From positions 124,001 to 188,000 of the IMG/VR virus record IMGVR_UViG_3300010885_076238: a DNA stretch of 64,000 nt; one strand, 5' to 3'. This document shows positions 1 to 9,616 of the stretch, one piece after another. The notes below the pieces were generated by a model, which was not told the DNA's origin, ran no database searches, and saw only the letters and a list, made by a program, of their open reading frames with translations. The position numbers were made by a program, and so were the translations under genes. Each line of letters opens with the position of its first letter. The first letter of the stretch is position 1.

Positions 1-423
1 ATTCGGGAATACATTAAAGCTAATCCCACAGCGACTACGAATGAAGTGATGGAGGCGTTGGGTCAGAAGGGCATTGAGGTTAGTCAAGCTCTTGTGGCTG
101 GAGTACGTTCTAGGGAGATGCGTGGCCCTGGGAATAAGAGTCGCAAGCGTGGTGAGATCACGGTTAGCGAATTGAATAGTATTAATGCGATGGTGGAGAA
201 GTTTGATGATCGTTCTGTAATTATGAATATTATAGACGACATGACGACCTTGATTAAGGAAATTGGTGGTATTGATCGTTTTGAAGAAGCGATGAAGGAG
301 TTCCAGAATTGGAAGCCTGAGTCTGAATCTTTGAAGGCGGAAGCTGCTTCTGACATATCTGGTGATGACGATGATGAGGATTCGGATGATGATGAGGACG
401 AGGATGAAGACGAGGACGAATGA
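1..423 (+). CDS. 5'-truncated putative DNA-binding protein with acidic tail
   Basis: Frame is open from base 1 (IREYIKANPTATTNEVMEALGQKGIEVSQALV); resembles small Planctomycete proteins as recalled; D/E-rich C-terminus. Confidence 0.6.
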   Translation: MREYIKANPTATTNEVMEALGQKGIEVSQALVAGVRSREMRGPGNKSRKRGEITVSELNSINAMVEKFDDRSVIMNIIDDMTTLIKEIGGIDRFEEAMKEFQNWKPESESLKAEAASDISGDDDDEDSDDDEDEDEDEDE

Positions 424-671
424 ATTGGGAAGTTTTCGCTGACTTCCCATAGTTAAGCCTTCGGGTTAGGATCGCGGGTAATCCTTTAATTAACTGCCGT
501 AGAGTTTTTAGAAGTTTCTGTAAGACTGAAATCTTCTATTGTTGGTTGCACAAATTTTAATAAAGAATATACTAGGGCCATTTCTGTGATATACTTTACA
601 GAAGTGGCCTTAGTATTTCTTTAAACCAAGTAGGCATCTCCTGATGTTTATTTACTCAAGGAAGGGTAGGT

Positions 672-857
672 ATGTTTAGGAATGAGAAGATAGTTGTTTT
701 GGATATAGTTGATAGGTGTCTTAAGTTGGAGGATGATCGTGGTCAGATAATAAGTTTGATTTTTATTAAGGGTGGAAAATTAATAATTAAGGGTGAGTTG
801 AAAGTTTCAGATAGTTCGATAGAGGCTCCAGAGATTAATTACTTGGATAAAAAATAA
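672..857 (+). CDS. hypothetical protein
   Basis: 61-aa ORF with purine-rich RBS-like sequence. Confidence 0.55.
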   Translation: MFRNEKIVVLDIVDRCLKLEDDRGQIISLIFIKGGKLIIKGELKVSDSSIEAPEINYLDKK

Positions 858-894
858 AAATAATTATGTATCGTTATGGGGTAGGAGACAAAAA

Positions 895-1608
895 ATGGAA
901 AATACCCCTAAGAAGCCTACTGAAATTCTTCCTTATAGGGAAGAGGATTGGGCAGGCGTTAGCGTTCCTAAGTTTAGGGATGCGAGTCGTGCGTGGAAGT
1001 TTTTGAAGAAGCATGGTTTTTATCGGCTTCCTGAGAAAACTGAATTAGTATTTTTGAAGGATTTATCATTAGCGATAGATTATGCTGTTCGGGTAGGCAC
1101 TAGGTTGCCGGTTGTTTTTGAAACTGAGTTGAAGAAGCATCCTCAGTTGAGTTATGATTATATTTCTAGGGTGATTCAGGCGCCTTTGGAGGAATTTGAA
1201 GAAACTATTAGCAAGGTTCCTTCGTTGCTTGTGAAGTATAGTCATGAAATTTTAGAGGCGCCTTTGCCGGAGCATTTGGAAAATTGTTTGGCGGGTGATC
1301 CGTATAATTGTTTTGAATATGCGTGGCAGGTTCTTGACGGACGTTTGCCGGAAACTTTGCACAACTATATGTTTTGTGCTAACATGGACAATAACTTTGG
1401 ACGTAGGTATCGTGGTGGGTATCATACTAAGTTGAAGGGAGCAGAGGAATACAGTCCTGACTATGTTAGTCCAGAGACTTATTTTGAATTTATCAAGTGG
1501 CAAAGGAAAAATTTGCACAGGCAGATTCAGCATTATCAAAAAATTTATGGTGTTGAATCGAAGCAGACTGTTGGCGAATTTTTACATGAATTAGAGCATG
1601 GTCGTTAA
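895..1608 (+). CDS. helical-repeat phage protein (YAxxVxxGRLPE repeats)
   Basis: Promoter plus AGGAG RBS; internal repeats shared with 30496..31167. Confidence 0.75.
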   Translation: MENTPKKPTEILPYREEDWAGVSVPKFRDASRAWKFLKKHGFYRLPEKTELVFLKDLSLAIDYAVRVGTRLPVVFETELKKHPQLSYDYISRVIQAPLEEFEETISKVPSLLVKYSHEILEAPLPEHLENCLAGDPYNCFEYAWQVLDGRLPETLHNYMFCANMDNNFGRRYRGGYHTKLKGAEEYSPDYVSPETYFEFIKWQRKNLHRQIQHYQKIYGVESKQTVGEFLHELEHGR

Positions 1609-2029
1609 ATTATTTTTTACTGATGGGTCTAGTTCTATTCGATCTTTTTCGGATGAAGAATTAAGAGATTTAAAATTAAATAATAGTTTGAAAGATTATT
1701 TCTCAGAGCATTTGAGTCCAGATTTCCCTATTGACACCTTTGAAATATTTGATATAAAGAAGTGTCCGGTGGACAATGATTATAATTTACGGACATTCAA
1801 TTATCGGGATTATTTTAATTATTCTAAATCGTTTATAGGTTTAGAGATAGATGGTTGTGTAGTGGAGCGGGTGGAATTTTTTGACTATGATAGTTACGAG
1901 TATGGTTTGGATAGTTTGGATGGTGAGCCATACGAGCGTGGTGTAATTTTTAATTACACTATGGATCATTATTATTATTCAAAGGGAACAGTTGATCCAG
2001 AGAATTGGGAAAAAGATTCTAGAAAATAA
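1598..2029 (+). CDS. hypothetical protein
   Basis: 143-aa ORF overlapping the upstream stop. Confidence 0.65.
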   Translation: MVVKLFFTDGSSSIRSFSDEELRDLKLNNSLKDYFSEHLSPDFPIDTFEIFDIKKCPVDNDYNLRTFNYRDYFNYSKSFIGLEIDGCVVERVEFFDYDSYEYGLDSLDGEPYERGVIFNYTMDHYYYSKGTVDPENWEKDSRK

Positions 2030-2055
2030 AAATTAGTTCAAGTCGTTATGAGATT

Positions 2056-3375
2056 ATGGAGGACAAAATGACTACAGCCGTTTCTAAAATTACCGACGAT
2101 CAGTTTCGTCAGTTCAAAGATGATCTTGACACTATTATGTGCAAGTTTTCTATTGCTTTCCCGTTTTGGGGGGTGCTTGCGGAGCGTTGTAAGTTTAGTC
2201 TTACAAAGACTGCGGTTCCGACTGCTGGCATGACAGCGGATGGGCATTGTCTTTTCAACATTGATTTTGTTGAAGAATTGAAGAAGAAGTATCAGGACAA
2301 GTTCCATAAGAAGTTGTTATTCTTGACTGCCCATGAAATTAGTCATTTTGTTTTTGAACACATGAGTCGTCGTGAGGATCGTGACCCGTTGTTGTTCAAC
2401 GTGGCTGCGGACTTTGCTATCAACCTTCTCTTGCATTATCAGTTCGATAGGGACAAGGATTATTTTATCGAAGGTGGTTGTCTTGATGAAAAGTATAAGG
2501 ATTTGTGTGCGGAGCAAATCTACGAACTTCTCAAGAATGAAGATAAGGATGCTGGCGAAAAGGCTAAGAGTAAAATTATTGTAGATATTTTTGGTGACGG
2601 TGACAGCGAGGGTGAAGGTGACGGTGACGGCGAAGATGATAGCGAGGGTGATGGTGATGGCACTATGACCGTTCGTGAGCGTCGTGTTCCGTTGCCGTCT
2701 AAGGAGGGCAAGAGTAAGGAGATGAAGGCCAGTGAAATGGCCGATCATGTTCGTCGTGCCTTTACGGAAGCGTATGCTGTTGCGAAGTCTCAGGGTAAGT
2801 TGCCTGCCGACTTTGAGCGTGCTATTGTAAAGATTCTCAAGCCGAAGGTGGATTGGCTTCGTGCGTTGCGTAATAAGTTGCGATATGGTGTTTCACGTTT
2901 GGAAAAGCGTGATGTTACATGGAGTATTCCTAACAAGCGTTTTCTAGGTCGTGATTATATTCTTCCTAGTAACATTGGCCCTGAGTCGCCAAAGATTTGT
3001 TATGCCGTGGATACTTCGGGTAGCATGAGCCAGAAAGATTTGGAACAGGCTATGGGTGAGTTGGAAGATATTCGCCAAAGGTTCAATGCAAAGGTTTATG
3101 TTTTGGATTGTGATGCCGATGTTCATAGTAGTAAGTGGCTGAATCCGCATGAGCCTCTGCCGGTTCTCAATGGTGGTGGTGGAACGGATTTTCGTCCGGT
3201 GTTTGAGCATATTCAAGAAAATAGACTCAAGCCTGACTACGTTGTATTTTTTACTGACGGGTATGGTTCGTTCGGTGACGATCCCGGTCTGCCGGTGTTG
3301 TGGGTAATGACCAGCGACGTTGAGCCGCCTTTTGGCGAAACTGTTCGTGTCAATGTTCCGTTCGATGGCGATTGA
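2056..3375 (+). CDS. HExxH metallopeptidase-like plus vWA domain protein (DUF2201-type)
   Basis: HEISH motif, NVAADFAIN, MIDAS DTSGSM, GGGGTDF, FTDGYG. Confidence 0.9.
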   Translation: MEDKMTTAVSKITDDQFRQFKDDLDTIMCKFSIAFPFWGVLAERCKFSLTKTAVPTAGMTADGHCLFNIDFVEELKKKYQDKFHKKLLFLTAHEISHFVFEHMSRREDRDPLLFNVAADFAINLLLHYQFDRDKDYFIEGGCLDEKYKDLCAEQIYELLKNEDKDAGEKAKSKIIVDIFGDGDSEGEGDGDGEDDSEGDGDGTMTVRERRVPLPSKEGKSKEMKASEMADHVRRAFTEAYAVAKSQGKLPADFERAIVKILKPKVDWLRALRNKLRYGVSRLEKRDVTWSIPNKRFLGRDYILPSNIGPESPKICYAVDTSGSMSQKDLEQAMGELEDIRQRFNAKVYVLDCDADVHSSKWLNPHEPLPVLNGGGGTDFRPVFEHIQENRLKPDYVVFFTDGYGSFGDDPGLPVLWVMTSDVEPPFGETVRVNVPFDGD

Positions 3376-3407
3376 AAATAAAATTAATTACCAATCGTTA
3401 TAAGAAC

Positions 3408-3773
3408 ATGACCGTTGCCAAAACAAAGCGAAAACGCAATCTTCGTAAGTTGTGGGAGGACGTTACCGTAAATGGAAAGCGTCCTCCCACAAATGAGAAG
3501 GTTTGGTTTGACGATCCTCTAATTGCTTTTCTTTTTGCAAAATATAAAAAGGGCAAACCTTTTTCTGCGGAATTAGAAAAACTTTTTTATGGCAATGTGC
3601 AGGCAATTTATAATTATGTTTATTGGGTAGTTCACGATCTTGGTCTTGAGCGTCCCGAGCATCTTAATAATTATATGATTGCTAATAGTTTGTCTGCTTC
3701 TGATAAGGAGCAGGAGTGGATTGATCTTTACTTTGAAAAAATTGAAAATAAAAAAAATAGAGCTGTAAAATAA
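3408..3773 (+). CDS. hypothetical protein, leaderless start
   Basis: ATG 6 nt after CGTTAT; PEHLNNYM motif shared with 895..1608. Confidence 0.7.
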   Translation: MTVAKTKRKRNLRKLWEDVTVNGKRPPTNEKVWFDDPLIAFLFAKYKKGKPFSAELEKLFYGNVQAIYNYVYWVVHDLGLERPEHLNNYMIANSLSASDKEQEWIDLYFEKIENKKNRAVK

Positions 3774-3827
3774 TTTTAGATCTGGTTCGTTATCCCATTA
3801 GAACGACGGTAACAAAAAAACAAGGAG

Positions 3828-4913
3828 TTGATAAAGATGGCTGATAAATTGGTTTCTACTGCTAACGTGATTACGGGTTCATTGGTTGAGAAGATTCGTC
3901 GGTGTCGGCAGGTTCCTACTGCGAAGGGGCAGGGGTTGCCGATGTTCATTTTCGGTTCGCCGGGTGTGGGCAAGAGTGAGCAGGTGTTTCAGGCGTTGGA
4001 AGAAGGTGAGATGATGATTGACCTTCGCCTCAATAGTCTTGATAGCATTGACCTTCGTGGTCTGCCGGTTATCAAGAAGGATAAGGACAAGAATCCCACG
4101 CAGGTTGAGTGGGTGCGTCCAGAGTTTATCCCTGCTGACGGTAAGGGTATTCTGTTTCTTGACGAAATGAATACTGCGGCCCCCAGCGTTCAGAATCCGG
4201 CGTTGCAGTTGGTTCTTGACCGTAAGATTGGTTCGCATAAGTTGGGTGATGGTTGGTATATTGTCGCGGCTGGTAACAAGTCCGATGATAAGGCGCATGT
4301 TTACCCTCTGTCTGCGGCGTTGCGTCAAAGGTTTGCGATTTACCATTATCAGCCCGACCATAACACTTGGACGAATTGGGCCGTGAAGAATGGTGTTCAT
4401 CCTCACGTTATCGGATTCATCTCGTTCAAGCCCGACCTGTTGATTCAGCCGAGCGTTGACGAAGAATCTTCTAATCCTTCGCCACGTTCGTGGTACTATG
4501 TCTCTCAGAGACTCAATGCCGGTCAGAACGAGTTGGATGATATTCGTTCGGTTGTCGGTGCTGCTGCAAATGAGTTTATGGCATATCAGACGGTCTGTGA
4601 GAACATTCCGAAGATTGACGATATTCTTTCCGGCAAGATTGAATGGAAAGAGGACGAGCGTAATATCACGGTTAGTTATGCCGTGAGTAATGCACTCGCC
4701 ACGCACATGCTTCGCAGCAAGAGCGTCAAGGTTCAGATTGAAAACTGCTTCGGTGCGTTGAATAACATGAGTGGTGAACCGTCGATCCTGTTCATGCGTC
4801 GAGTCATGCACTCCGACAACACTGAACTCAAGACGGCACTGTTCTCTAGTGACAATGGTAAGAAGTGGTTCAAGAAGAACGGGGATCGTATGACTAAGGC
4901 GATCCAGATGTAA
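3828..4913 (+). CDS. MoxR-like AAA+ ATPase
   Basis: Walker A GSPGVGKS, Walker B LFLDE, AAGN, PSPRSW; next to a vWA gene. Confidence 0.92.
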   Translation: MIKMADKLVSTANVITGSLVEKIRRCRQVPTAKGQGLPMFIFGSPGVGKSEQVFQALEEGEMMIDLRLNSLDSIDLRGLPVIKKDKDKNPTQVEWVRPEFIPADGKGILFLDEMNTAAPSVQNPALQLVLDRKIGSHKLGDGWYIVAAGNKSDDKAHVYPLSAALRQRFAIYHYQPDHNTWTNWAVKNGVHPHVIGFISFKPDLLIQPSVDEESSNPSPRSWYYVSQRLNAGQNELDDIRSVVGAAANEFMAYQTVCENIPKIDDILSGKIEWKEDERNITVSYAVSNALATHMLRSKSVKVQIENCFGALNNMSGEPSILFMRRVMHSDNTELKTALFSSDNGKKWFKKNGDRMTKAIQM

Positions 4914-5020
4914 TAATGCCCGTCGTTCCCCCTCGCCTTGTGATGAAAGTCATGGGGCGAGGGGTTGGGCTTTAAAAATAAAAATTTATTAGAATCGTTA
5001 TAGAATTAAGGAGACAACAA

Positions 5021-5287
5021 ATGGCTTTGAATTTTGATGGTGATTATTCTGAAATTCCTGAGAATCTTCTTGGTGGCATCCTGCGATATGTCGAGTTTGC
5101 GGTTCAGCCTGGGGGTTTCTTGACCGCCGTGCTGAACAATGATCTCAGGCAAGCGGTTGGCAAGGCCGATCCTGCTTCGCTCAAGGCTCTACCGCTGGTG
5201 GTTCGATGGTTTGTCAATGAGCGTCCCGACCTTTACGGCCCTGAGAATTTCAAGAAGCACCTTGACCCTTTCCGAAAGGTTGTCTAA
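5021..5287 (+). CDS. hypothetical phage protein
   Basis: Promoter, AAGGAG RBS, PGGFLTAVLNNDL motif. Confidence 0.75.
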   Translation: MALNFDGDYSEIPENLLGGILRYVEFAVQPGGFLTAVLNNDLRQAVGKADPASLKALPLVVRWFVNERPDLYGPENFKKHLDPFRKVV

Positions 5288-5466
5288 TGCAAATTATTAC
5301 TTATCTTGTTCTTGGTGGAATCGGCACATATTTATTTATTGAAGCTGCTTGGTTTTGCTTTTGTATTACTTTCAAGGCCATTGATAATTTTATTAATGGC
5401 TGACAGTGAACACCTGATGTTTATTGTCTTAATTAAATAATAAATTATAATTCGCGTTATAACTTT

Positions 5467-5967
5467 ATGCAAAGTCAAACAATCAGCGGCATTGAAGATT
5501 ATCTCAAGTTCAGTTCGGACTTCCGCAAGAAGTGTAGGAAGCCAGAGGATTGGCGATACTGTTGCTTTGAAGAACTGGTGCTGAGTCACGGCAGGAAGTT
5601 CGATGAGATAGTTCGCAGGCCGAAGTGGGTAAAGCGAGGAGTAATCAAGGGATGTTTCTCTAATTGCTTTAGTGAAGTCGTCAAGCATCCAGACCGTCTG
5701 ATATATTGCGAAGGGTATGCTACGAGCTTAATCCCTGTGCATCACGCATGGCTCTTGTATGATGGCAAGGTTATTGATCCTACTTGGGATGGACGAGACA
5801 TCATCAAGGATAACACTGAATACTTTGGCATACCCTTTAATTATAATTATGTTCTAAAGGTTGCGACTGAATCTGGTTACTATGGAGTAATTGATAATTT
5901 TGCTCAAAGTTTTCCGTTGCTTAGTGGTGAGCATCAGAGTGATGAATTTCTAAGTAAAATAATTTAA
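5467..5967 (+). CDS. putative Cys-His-Asp (transglutaminase/papain-like) fold protein
   Basis: GCFSNC, YCEGYA, HHAWL, VIDPTW motifs; leaderless start. Confidence 0.6.
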   Translation: MQSQTISGIEDYLKFSSDFRKKCRKPEDWRYCCFEELVLSHGRKFDEIVRRPKWVKRGVIKGCFSNCFSEVVKHPDRLIYCEGYATSLIPVHHAWLLYDGKVIDPTWDGRDIIKDNTEYFGIPFNYNYVLKVATESGYYGVIDNFAQSFPLLSGEHQSDEFLSKII

Positions 5968-5988
5968 ATTCAAGAGCGTTATAGAATT

Positions 5989-6171
5989 ATGGAAAGCATT
6001 GCAGATAAAATTCTGGAAGATATTGCTAAGAAGAAACTTCTTCTTGAGACATTGCAGACTAGAGGTTCTGACGAGTTGGACTTCTCAGAGCAGTCTGTGT
6101 GGGCCATCAAGGATGCTTTGGAAGAGGCGTTTGATGCTGGCTTCAAGATGTGTAGGCAAGCCCGTGGTTAA
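5989..6171 (+). CDS. DUF6900-like small protein
   Basis: LQTRGSDELDF...VWAIKDALEEAF motif. Confidence 0.7.
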   Translation: MESIADKILEDIAKKKLLLETLQTRGSDELDFSEQSVWAIKDALEEAFDAGFKMCRQARG

Positions 6172-6721
6172 ATTAATTACTTATTTATTTGTTTTCTTTT
6201 TTGCCACAGAGGCTTTTGGCAATGATTTGTTTCGTTATTTAGCTGAGATGGTAAATGACGAGAGGCAGAAGGTGGGATTGTCTCGTCTTGTATATAACAA
6301 GCAATTAGAGCAAGCTGCGTTGTCTCATAGTCATTGGATGGCCCGTATTGGTAAGATGGAGCATTTGCAAGGTCAAAGTCCAAATAATTTTTTAGAATAT
6401 TTGAAGAGCGATCATAATCATGCTACTAGGATTATGAAGACTGGTTATTTAGATTGGCAAGATTTATTTGATAGGAACGGAGACAATGTTCGTTCAAAGC
6501 CTGATGCGGATGAGCATGTGAGTGAAATTATTGCTTACGCTGGGCCGGGGACGGGATTTATTCAGCATCAGCTTCCTGTTATTGTTCCGGGTTGGATGAG
6601 AAGTCCGGGGCATAAAGAGGCGATATTAAAAAATTATTGGAAAGATATTGGTGGTGCGTTTGCTGTTAGTAGAAACGGAAGTGTTTACTACTGCATTACT
6701 TTCGGGCAACCGGTGAATTAA
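6164..6721 (+). CDS. secreted CAP/SCP-domain protein
   Basis: GTG start with signal-like peptide; VNDER...GL, AALSHSHWM, WMRSPGHKEAIL. Confidence 0.8.
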   Translation: MVKLITYLFVFFFATEAFGNDLFRYLAEMVNDERQKVGLSRLVYNKQLEQAALSHSHWMARIGKMEHLQGQSPNNFLEYLKSDHNHATRIMKTGYLDWQDLFDRNGDNVRSKPDADEHVSEIIAYAGPGTGFIQHQLPVIVPGWMRSPGHKEAILKNYWKDIGGAFAVSRNGSVYYCITFGQPVN

Positions 6722-6723
6722 TT

Positions 6724-6942
6724 ATGGATAAAGAAGTTGTTGAGATAATGAGTACGGTTTGTCAAAAACTTTCTCATGCTAGAGTAAATTTATCTAAAAT
6801 ACTTGGGCCAGAGGATTACTCTAAATTTAGAGAAATTATTTTTGATTGTGAACAACTTATGGCGGCTTATTGTGATTGTGCGCCAATAAGGTTGATTGAT
6901 GGACAAGTAGAAGATATAATGTTAAATTACGAGACAAAATAA
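6724..6942 (+). CDS. hypothetical protein
   Basis: 72-aa ORF in operon. Confidence 0.6.
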   Translation: MDKEVVEIMSTVCQKLSHARVNLSKILGPEDYSKFREIIFDCEQLMAAYCDCAPIRLIDGQVEDIMLNYETK

Positions 6943-6982
6943 AAATAAATTAGGATCGTTATAGAATAGAACGAGACAACTT

Positions 6983-7055
6983 GCGGCTCTAGCTCAATTG
7001 GCAGAGCAAGGGGCTTTTAACCTCTAGGTTCAGGGTTCGATTCCCTGGGGCCGCA
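6983..7055 (+). tRNA. trnK: tRNA-Lys(UUU)
   Basis: Cloverleaf; AGGGG-CTTTTAA-CCTCT; GGTTCGATTCC. Confidence 0.95.
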
Positions 7056-7089
7056 CTTAATAAAAATTTATCAGACTCGTTATCATATT

Positions 7090-7157
7090 GCCGCAATGCT
7101 TGAAGGCGAACTTAGTTGGTTGAGCATTGAGCCTTCTTATAGTAACCAACCTGCGGC
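7090..7157 (+). ncRNA. candidate multi-pseudoknot small RNA or leader
   Basis: Four complementary segment pairs; starts at the predicted +1 of the promoter. Confidence 0.6.
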
Positions 7158-7178
7158 TTCTAATACAAAGGAATTTTT

Positions 7179-7331
7179 ATGAATGATTGGGAGAAGTATT
7201 ACAAGAAGAGTGGTGCGCCGGACAATCCTCCCCTGCCGGACATTCGTGTTCGTGGGATTCCAGCACGAAATGAACTTGAGAAGTTGCTCAAGAGTCGAGT
7301 GAGGATTGATCCTAAGAAGTTTATAAAATAA
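7179..7331 (+). CDS. 50-aa hypothetical protein (not in ORF track)
   Basis: AAGGA RBS; MNDWEKYYKKSGAPDN...KKFIK. Confidence 0.6.
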   Translation: MNDWEKYYKKSGAPDNPPLPDIRVRGIPARNELEKLLKSRVRIDPKKFIK

Positions 7332-7582
7332 TGTATTATGGATTTTACTCAAAATCTTCTGATGATCGTAATGGTCATGTGGTTTATCTAAATCCAGACG
7401 GCCAGAAAATAAAAGTTTCTTATGCCACCAAAGACCCACTTCTAGATTATTTTAAATTTAAGTGGGAAGATAAGGTTTTTGTTGGGCCTTTGATTAAGTT
7501 GGTTGAAATTAATTGGGCTTATGGTGGGGATTATAATAGTTTGAATATTGGCAAACCACCCAATAAAATAATAATTAAATAA
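7331..7582 (+). CDS. hypothetical protein
   Basis: TAATG coupling to upstream ORF. Confidence 0.6.
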   Translation: MYYGFYSKSSDDRNGHVVYLNPDGQKIKVSYATKDPLLDYFKFKWEDKVFVGPLIKLVEINWAYGGDYNSLNIGKPPNKIIIK

Positions 7583-7589
7583 GATCGTT

Positions 7590-8045
7590 ATGCTAATGGA
7601 GGCAAATATGATAATCAAAGAATGGCGTTTGCATTATTGTTCTGGTAGTAGCGACAAGGTTTATGTTGCTAGGATAGAGAAGCGTTCTGATAAATTCTAT
7701 GGTGTTCCTTGTGAATATGGTCGTAGGGGCGCCGTTCTTAGGCCAGCGGACAAAGGTGTCTATAGAACTCTAGCAGAGGCAGAGAGAGCTTTTTACGATG
7801 TTGTGACTGAAAAGACAGCCAAGGGCTATGCTATAACTGATAGGATTGAAAGCGATGGGGTAAAAGTAGAATCATCAATTAAAGATGAGATAGTTAGGCA
7901 ACTGGAGGCGGTAGGATCAGCTACAGCAGATGATTTGGCTAAGGCATTGGCTTCAGAAGTTGTTTCTTCTACTGAATCTAAGGAATGTGGAGAAGGTGAT
8001 AGAGAAAAGGCTTTGGCTAGGCTCAGGGCAGCGAGTGCGTGGTAA
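7590..8045 (+). CDS. WGR-domain-like protein
   Basis: SDKVY...EYGRRG...EKTAKGY. Confidence 0.8.
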   Translation: MLMEANMIIKEWRLHYCSGSSDKVYVARIEKRSDKFYGVPCEYGRRGAVLRPADKGVYRTLAEAERAFYDVVTEKTAKGYAITDRIESDGVKVESSIKDEIVRQLEAVGSATADDLAKALASEVVSSTESKECGEGDREKALARLRAASAW

Positions 8046-8377
8046 AAAATTAAAAGGTGTTTTATGAGTGTAATGGGCGATTTTTTATTTGTTTCTAGTA
8101 TCGGCTTGACAATTTGTTGGGCTTTAGGAAAATTAGCCGGAGTTGATATTGTGCCGAGTATAGGTCTTTTGCTAGTATATGGCTTGCTAGTATTTGCCAT
8201 ATCACTAAGATCAGAGGGCTAAGATGAAGCAGCAAGTTGTAATACTAAAAATTAAATATGACGATCAGGAAAATTTCGCTCCCCAAAATTGGAATTGGAG
8301 CGAGTTGTTGGGTTGTAAAAATGATTGTGTCCAAGTGATGAATTATGGAACTATAGAAACTATAGAGGAGTTGCCGG

Positions 8378-8596
8378 ATGAATGAAGAATTCCACGAATA
8401 CTTGAAAAAGGTGATGTGGTATGCAGAGCAGGAGTATGATGTTCCTGCTGTTTCGGTAGAGGATTTTGAAAAATCGCCTTTGTCGAATGTTCTTTTGAGT
8501 CATTGCTTTACATACTTTTCTAGTAATTATCCTTTTCAAAATTGTGCTTGTTCGCTCGTCGAATACATGAAGCAGTTGATGAGTTGCCAAGAATAA
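8378..8596 (+). CDS. hypothetical protein
   Basis: GAGGAG RBS. Confidence 0.6.
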   Translation: MNEEFHEYLKKVMWYAEQEYDVPAVSVEDFEKSPLSNVLLSHCFTYFSSNYPFQNCACSLVEYMKQLMSCQE

Positions 8597-8815
8597 AAAA
8601 CTTTGATATAATACCTACTGTTTATTTCTCAGTTTTTTTGGAGATCATCATGAGCAAAACATACACTCCATCAATTAAAATCTGGCAGAATGAGGAAGTG
8701 GTTTTAATTAGTGATGAGCTTAAGATTGAATTAAAAAATATCATTCTTAATATTAAGGGTGATGTAATTCAAATTGAAAATAAAAATAAAATTGAATCGT
8801 TATAGAATTGAACAC

Positions 8816-9086
8816 GGGAGTGTAGACCAACGGCAGAGTCAAAGGACTTATGAAATTGAGTGCCTAAAAGGAAACTTTTAGAGTAGAACTGCTTAAATTC
8901 GGTGAAACCTGTAAAATGGCAATACCGAGCGAAGCCCGAAAGGGAACGTGTAGAGACTTGACAGGCAGCACCTAAAACCGAAAGGTTATGGTGAAGATAA
9001 AGTCCAGACTACAAACCAAAAAGGGTGACGAAAGTCATAGTAGTAAGAAAATCCTTCCAGTGTGGGTTCGAGTCCCACCACTCCTA
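8816..9086 (+). tRNA. trnL: tRNA-Leu(UAA), exons 8816-8849 and 9048-9086, short variable arm
   Basis: Joined exons give AAGGA-CTTAAAA-TCCTT and acceptor GGGAGTG/CACTCCT. Confidence 0.92.
8850..9047 (+). mobile_element. ORF-less group I intron (198 nt, trnL-UAA insertion position)
   Basis: Inserted after U34, ends in G; core elements AAATTCGGTGAAA, AATACCGAGC, GTAGAGACT, AAGATAAAGTCC. Confidence 0.92.
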
Positions 9087-9539
9087 TTTTTTATTTTTTC
9101 CTCTATAATTATCCGTGAGTGCATGACAATTAGGACAAAGAAGTTCAAGATTAGACAAGTTATTATTTGAATTATTTCCATCCTTGTGATGAAGCTCAAG
9201 TGGAATTTTAATTTTCTGCCACTCTGTTCCATCACAGTTCATGCACTTATGTTCAAAAATATTTTCTCTTATTAGTCTGTTCTTTAGCTTAAAGCTTTGA
9301 ATAAATTTTTCATTGTTTAAATATGTTTGAATTGATCTCTTCGGGCCAATTTTATCTCCTTTGCTCCACCCTTGGCCCTTGAAATGAGAAGTATTAATTT
9401 TATACTTTTTAATGTATTTCTTAATAGTTTGATAATTACCACCAGCGGGTTTTATTTTTAATTTATCCAACACCTGCCTTATAGAGGTCGAATCTTGAAT
9501 AATCTTTGATAGCTTGGTAAAATTATACTTCGTACTCAT
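9084..9539 (-). CDS. free-standing HNH endonuclease
   Basis: CMNC...LELHHKDGNNSNN...NLELLCPNCH. Confidence 0.92.
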   Translation of the reverse strand: MSTKYNFTKLSKIIQDSTSIRQVLDKLKIKPAGGNYQTIKKYIKKYKINTSHFKGQGWSKGDKIGPKRSIQTYLNNEKFIQSFKLKNRLIRENIFEHKCMNCDGTEWQKIKIPLELHHKDGNNSNNNLSNLELLCPNCHALTDNYRGKNKK

Positions 9540-9616
9540 TACAATATATGTAGTAATGAGTTTTCCAAAATAATAAAAAATCTTTTGAGTTATGGTTTAA
9601 AGAGAAAACGCATCGT

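Noticed and set aside
3879-4811. 310-aa minus-strand ORF
   Set aside because: Antisense shadow of the AAA ATPase; the same applies to 13606..14853, 11071..11742, 32651..33256, 33839..34645 and 41988..42614.
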